32,000 nt of DNA from an uncultured Methanosarcinales archaeon (lineage in GTDB: Archaea > Nanobdellota > Nanobdellia > Woesearchaeales > JACPBV01): contig CAZSRD010000009.1 of assembly GCA_964609455.1 (NCBI GenBank), forward strand, positions 1 through 32,000. The letters are read 5' to 3'. Positions within the stretch are counted from its first letter, which is position 1. The number at the start of each line of letters is the position of its first letter. This document shows, piece after piece, positions 31,273 through 32,000 of the stretch. Both the position numbers and the translations under genes were made by a program. The notes below the pieces were generated by a model. That model did no database searches and was not told where the DNA came from. It saw only the letters and a list, made by a program, of their open reading frames with translations.

Positions 31273-32000
31273 TTATATGTCTTTTATAGCTTCTTTTGTT
31301 ACTATAAATCCACATTCCCCGTCTGCAAGATTCGGCGCGTCAACTAGTTTTGCAACTCTTGTTCCCTTTTTGCCTTTTCTTAGGTATATTCTGAAAGCTG
31401 AGTTGTGGGCAACTATATGGCCGCCTATTGCTTCTGTAGGGTCACCAAAGAATGTGTCTGGTTTTGCCATAACCTGATTAGTAACATAAACGCATAGATT
31501 ATGCTTATTTGCTAATCTTGACAATACATGCATATGTTTGTTTAATTTCTGCTGCCTGTCTGCTAGTGTACCTCTTCCAACAAATTCTGCCCTAAAGTGC
31601 GCTGTTAATGAGTCTACAATTACTAATCTCACTTTTAATCCTTGTTTTGTAATCAGGTCGTCTACCTTTTCTGCTAACAACATTTGATGGTCTGAGTTGT
31701 AGGCTCTAGCTACTTTTATGCTGTTTAAAACCTGCTCTGAATCCAAGCCTGCCCCTTCTGAGAACTCGATAATCCTTTCCGGCCTGAATGTGCTTTCTGT
31801 ATCGATAAAAACAGTGCATGCAGTTGGATCCATTTTCTGAACATTGACAGCTAATTGGTGGGCAATCTGCGTTTTGCTTGAGCCATATTGGCCAAAACAT
31901 TCTGTTATAGCTCCTGTTTCGAAACCGCCGCCCACTAATGCGTCAAATGCTTTGCTGCCTGTAGAAAGCCTAATAACCTTGCTTCTTTGCTCTAATAGTT
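31273..32000 (-). CDS. radA: RadA recombinase, N-terminus off the 3' edge of the window
   Basis: I translated the frame and it stays open upstream of the track's GTG 31935: ...LLEQRSKVIRLSTGSKAFDALVGGGFETGAITE. This is the RadA/Rad51 core. Walker A reads GQYGSSKT and Walker B LVIVDS. Confidence 0.9.
   Translation of the reverse strand, partial: LLEQRSKVIRLSTGSKAFDALVGGGFETGAITECFGQYGSSKTQIAHQLAVNVQKMDPTACTVFIDTESTFRPERIIEFSEGAGLDSEQVLNSIKVARAYNSDHQMLLAEKVDDLITKQGLKVRLVIVDSLTAHFRAEFVGRGTLADRQQKLNKHMHVLSRLANKHNLCVYVTNQVMAKPDTFFGDPTEAIGGHIVAHNSAFRIYLRKGKKGTRVAKLVDAPNLADGECGFIVTKEAIKDI

Overview
AT-rich, very gene-dense window: almost no intergenic DNA, many ATGA/GTGA/TAATG start-stop overlaps, and convergent genes that abut or overlap. 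The informational genes are archaeal: RadA, RadB, an archaeal/eukaryotic-type uS2, aMBF1, a TRAM-domain protein, and TATA boxes centred about 27 nt upstream of start codons. The compact style and giant Cys- and sequon-rich surface proteins resemble small-genome DPANN-like archaea, but that placement is inference only.

The window has three blocks.

(i) 1-12.2 kb is a cell-surface locus. It holds a giant secreted protein running off the 5' edge, translationally coupled to a 955-aa membrane-anchored partner. A small signal-anchored protein and aMBF1 follow. On the opposite strand is a GT-C glycosyltransferase / CxxC thioredoxin-like protein / processive GT2 operon.

(ii) 13.3-29.4 kb is the main point of interest, one contiguous lipid supercluster. 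It encodes a three-part biotin acyl-CoA carboxylase plus BirA, a 4HBT thioesterase, FabZ, two thiolase paralogs flanking a DUF35::DUF362 fusion, FabG, an acyl-CoA dehydrogenase with EtfBA, two tandem PlsC-family acyltransferases and GpsA. No ACP, FabD, ketosynthase, FabI, PlsX/Y or PlsB is present. This reads as an ACP-independent fatty-acid cycle wired directly to bacterial-type sn-glycerol-3-phosphate acylation, inside an archaeal genome. Four promoters of this block share a TAAG(G/C) element fused to the TATA box. The same heptamer builds a tandem hairpin array upstream of the first gene.

(iii) 29.4-32 kb holds housekeeping genes: uS2, the 2H-phosphoesterase ThpR/LigT, a TRAM protein with an acidic tail, and RadA running off the 3' edge.

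I found no rRNA, tRNA, CRISPR array, transposase or integrase.
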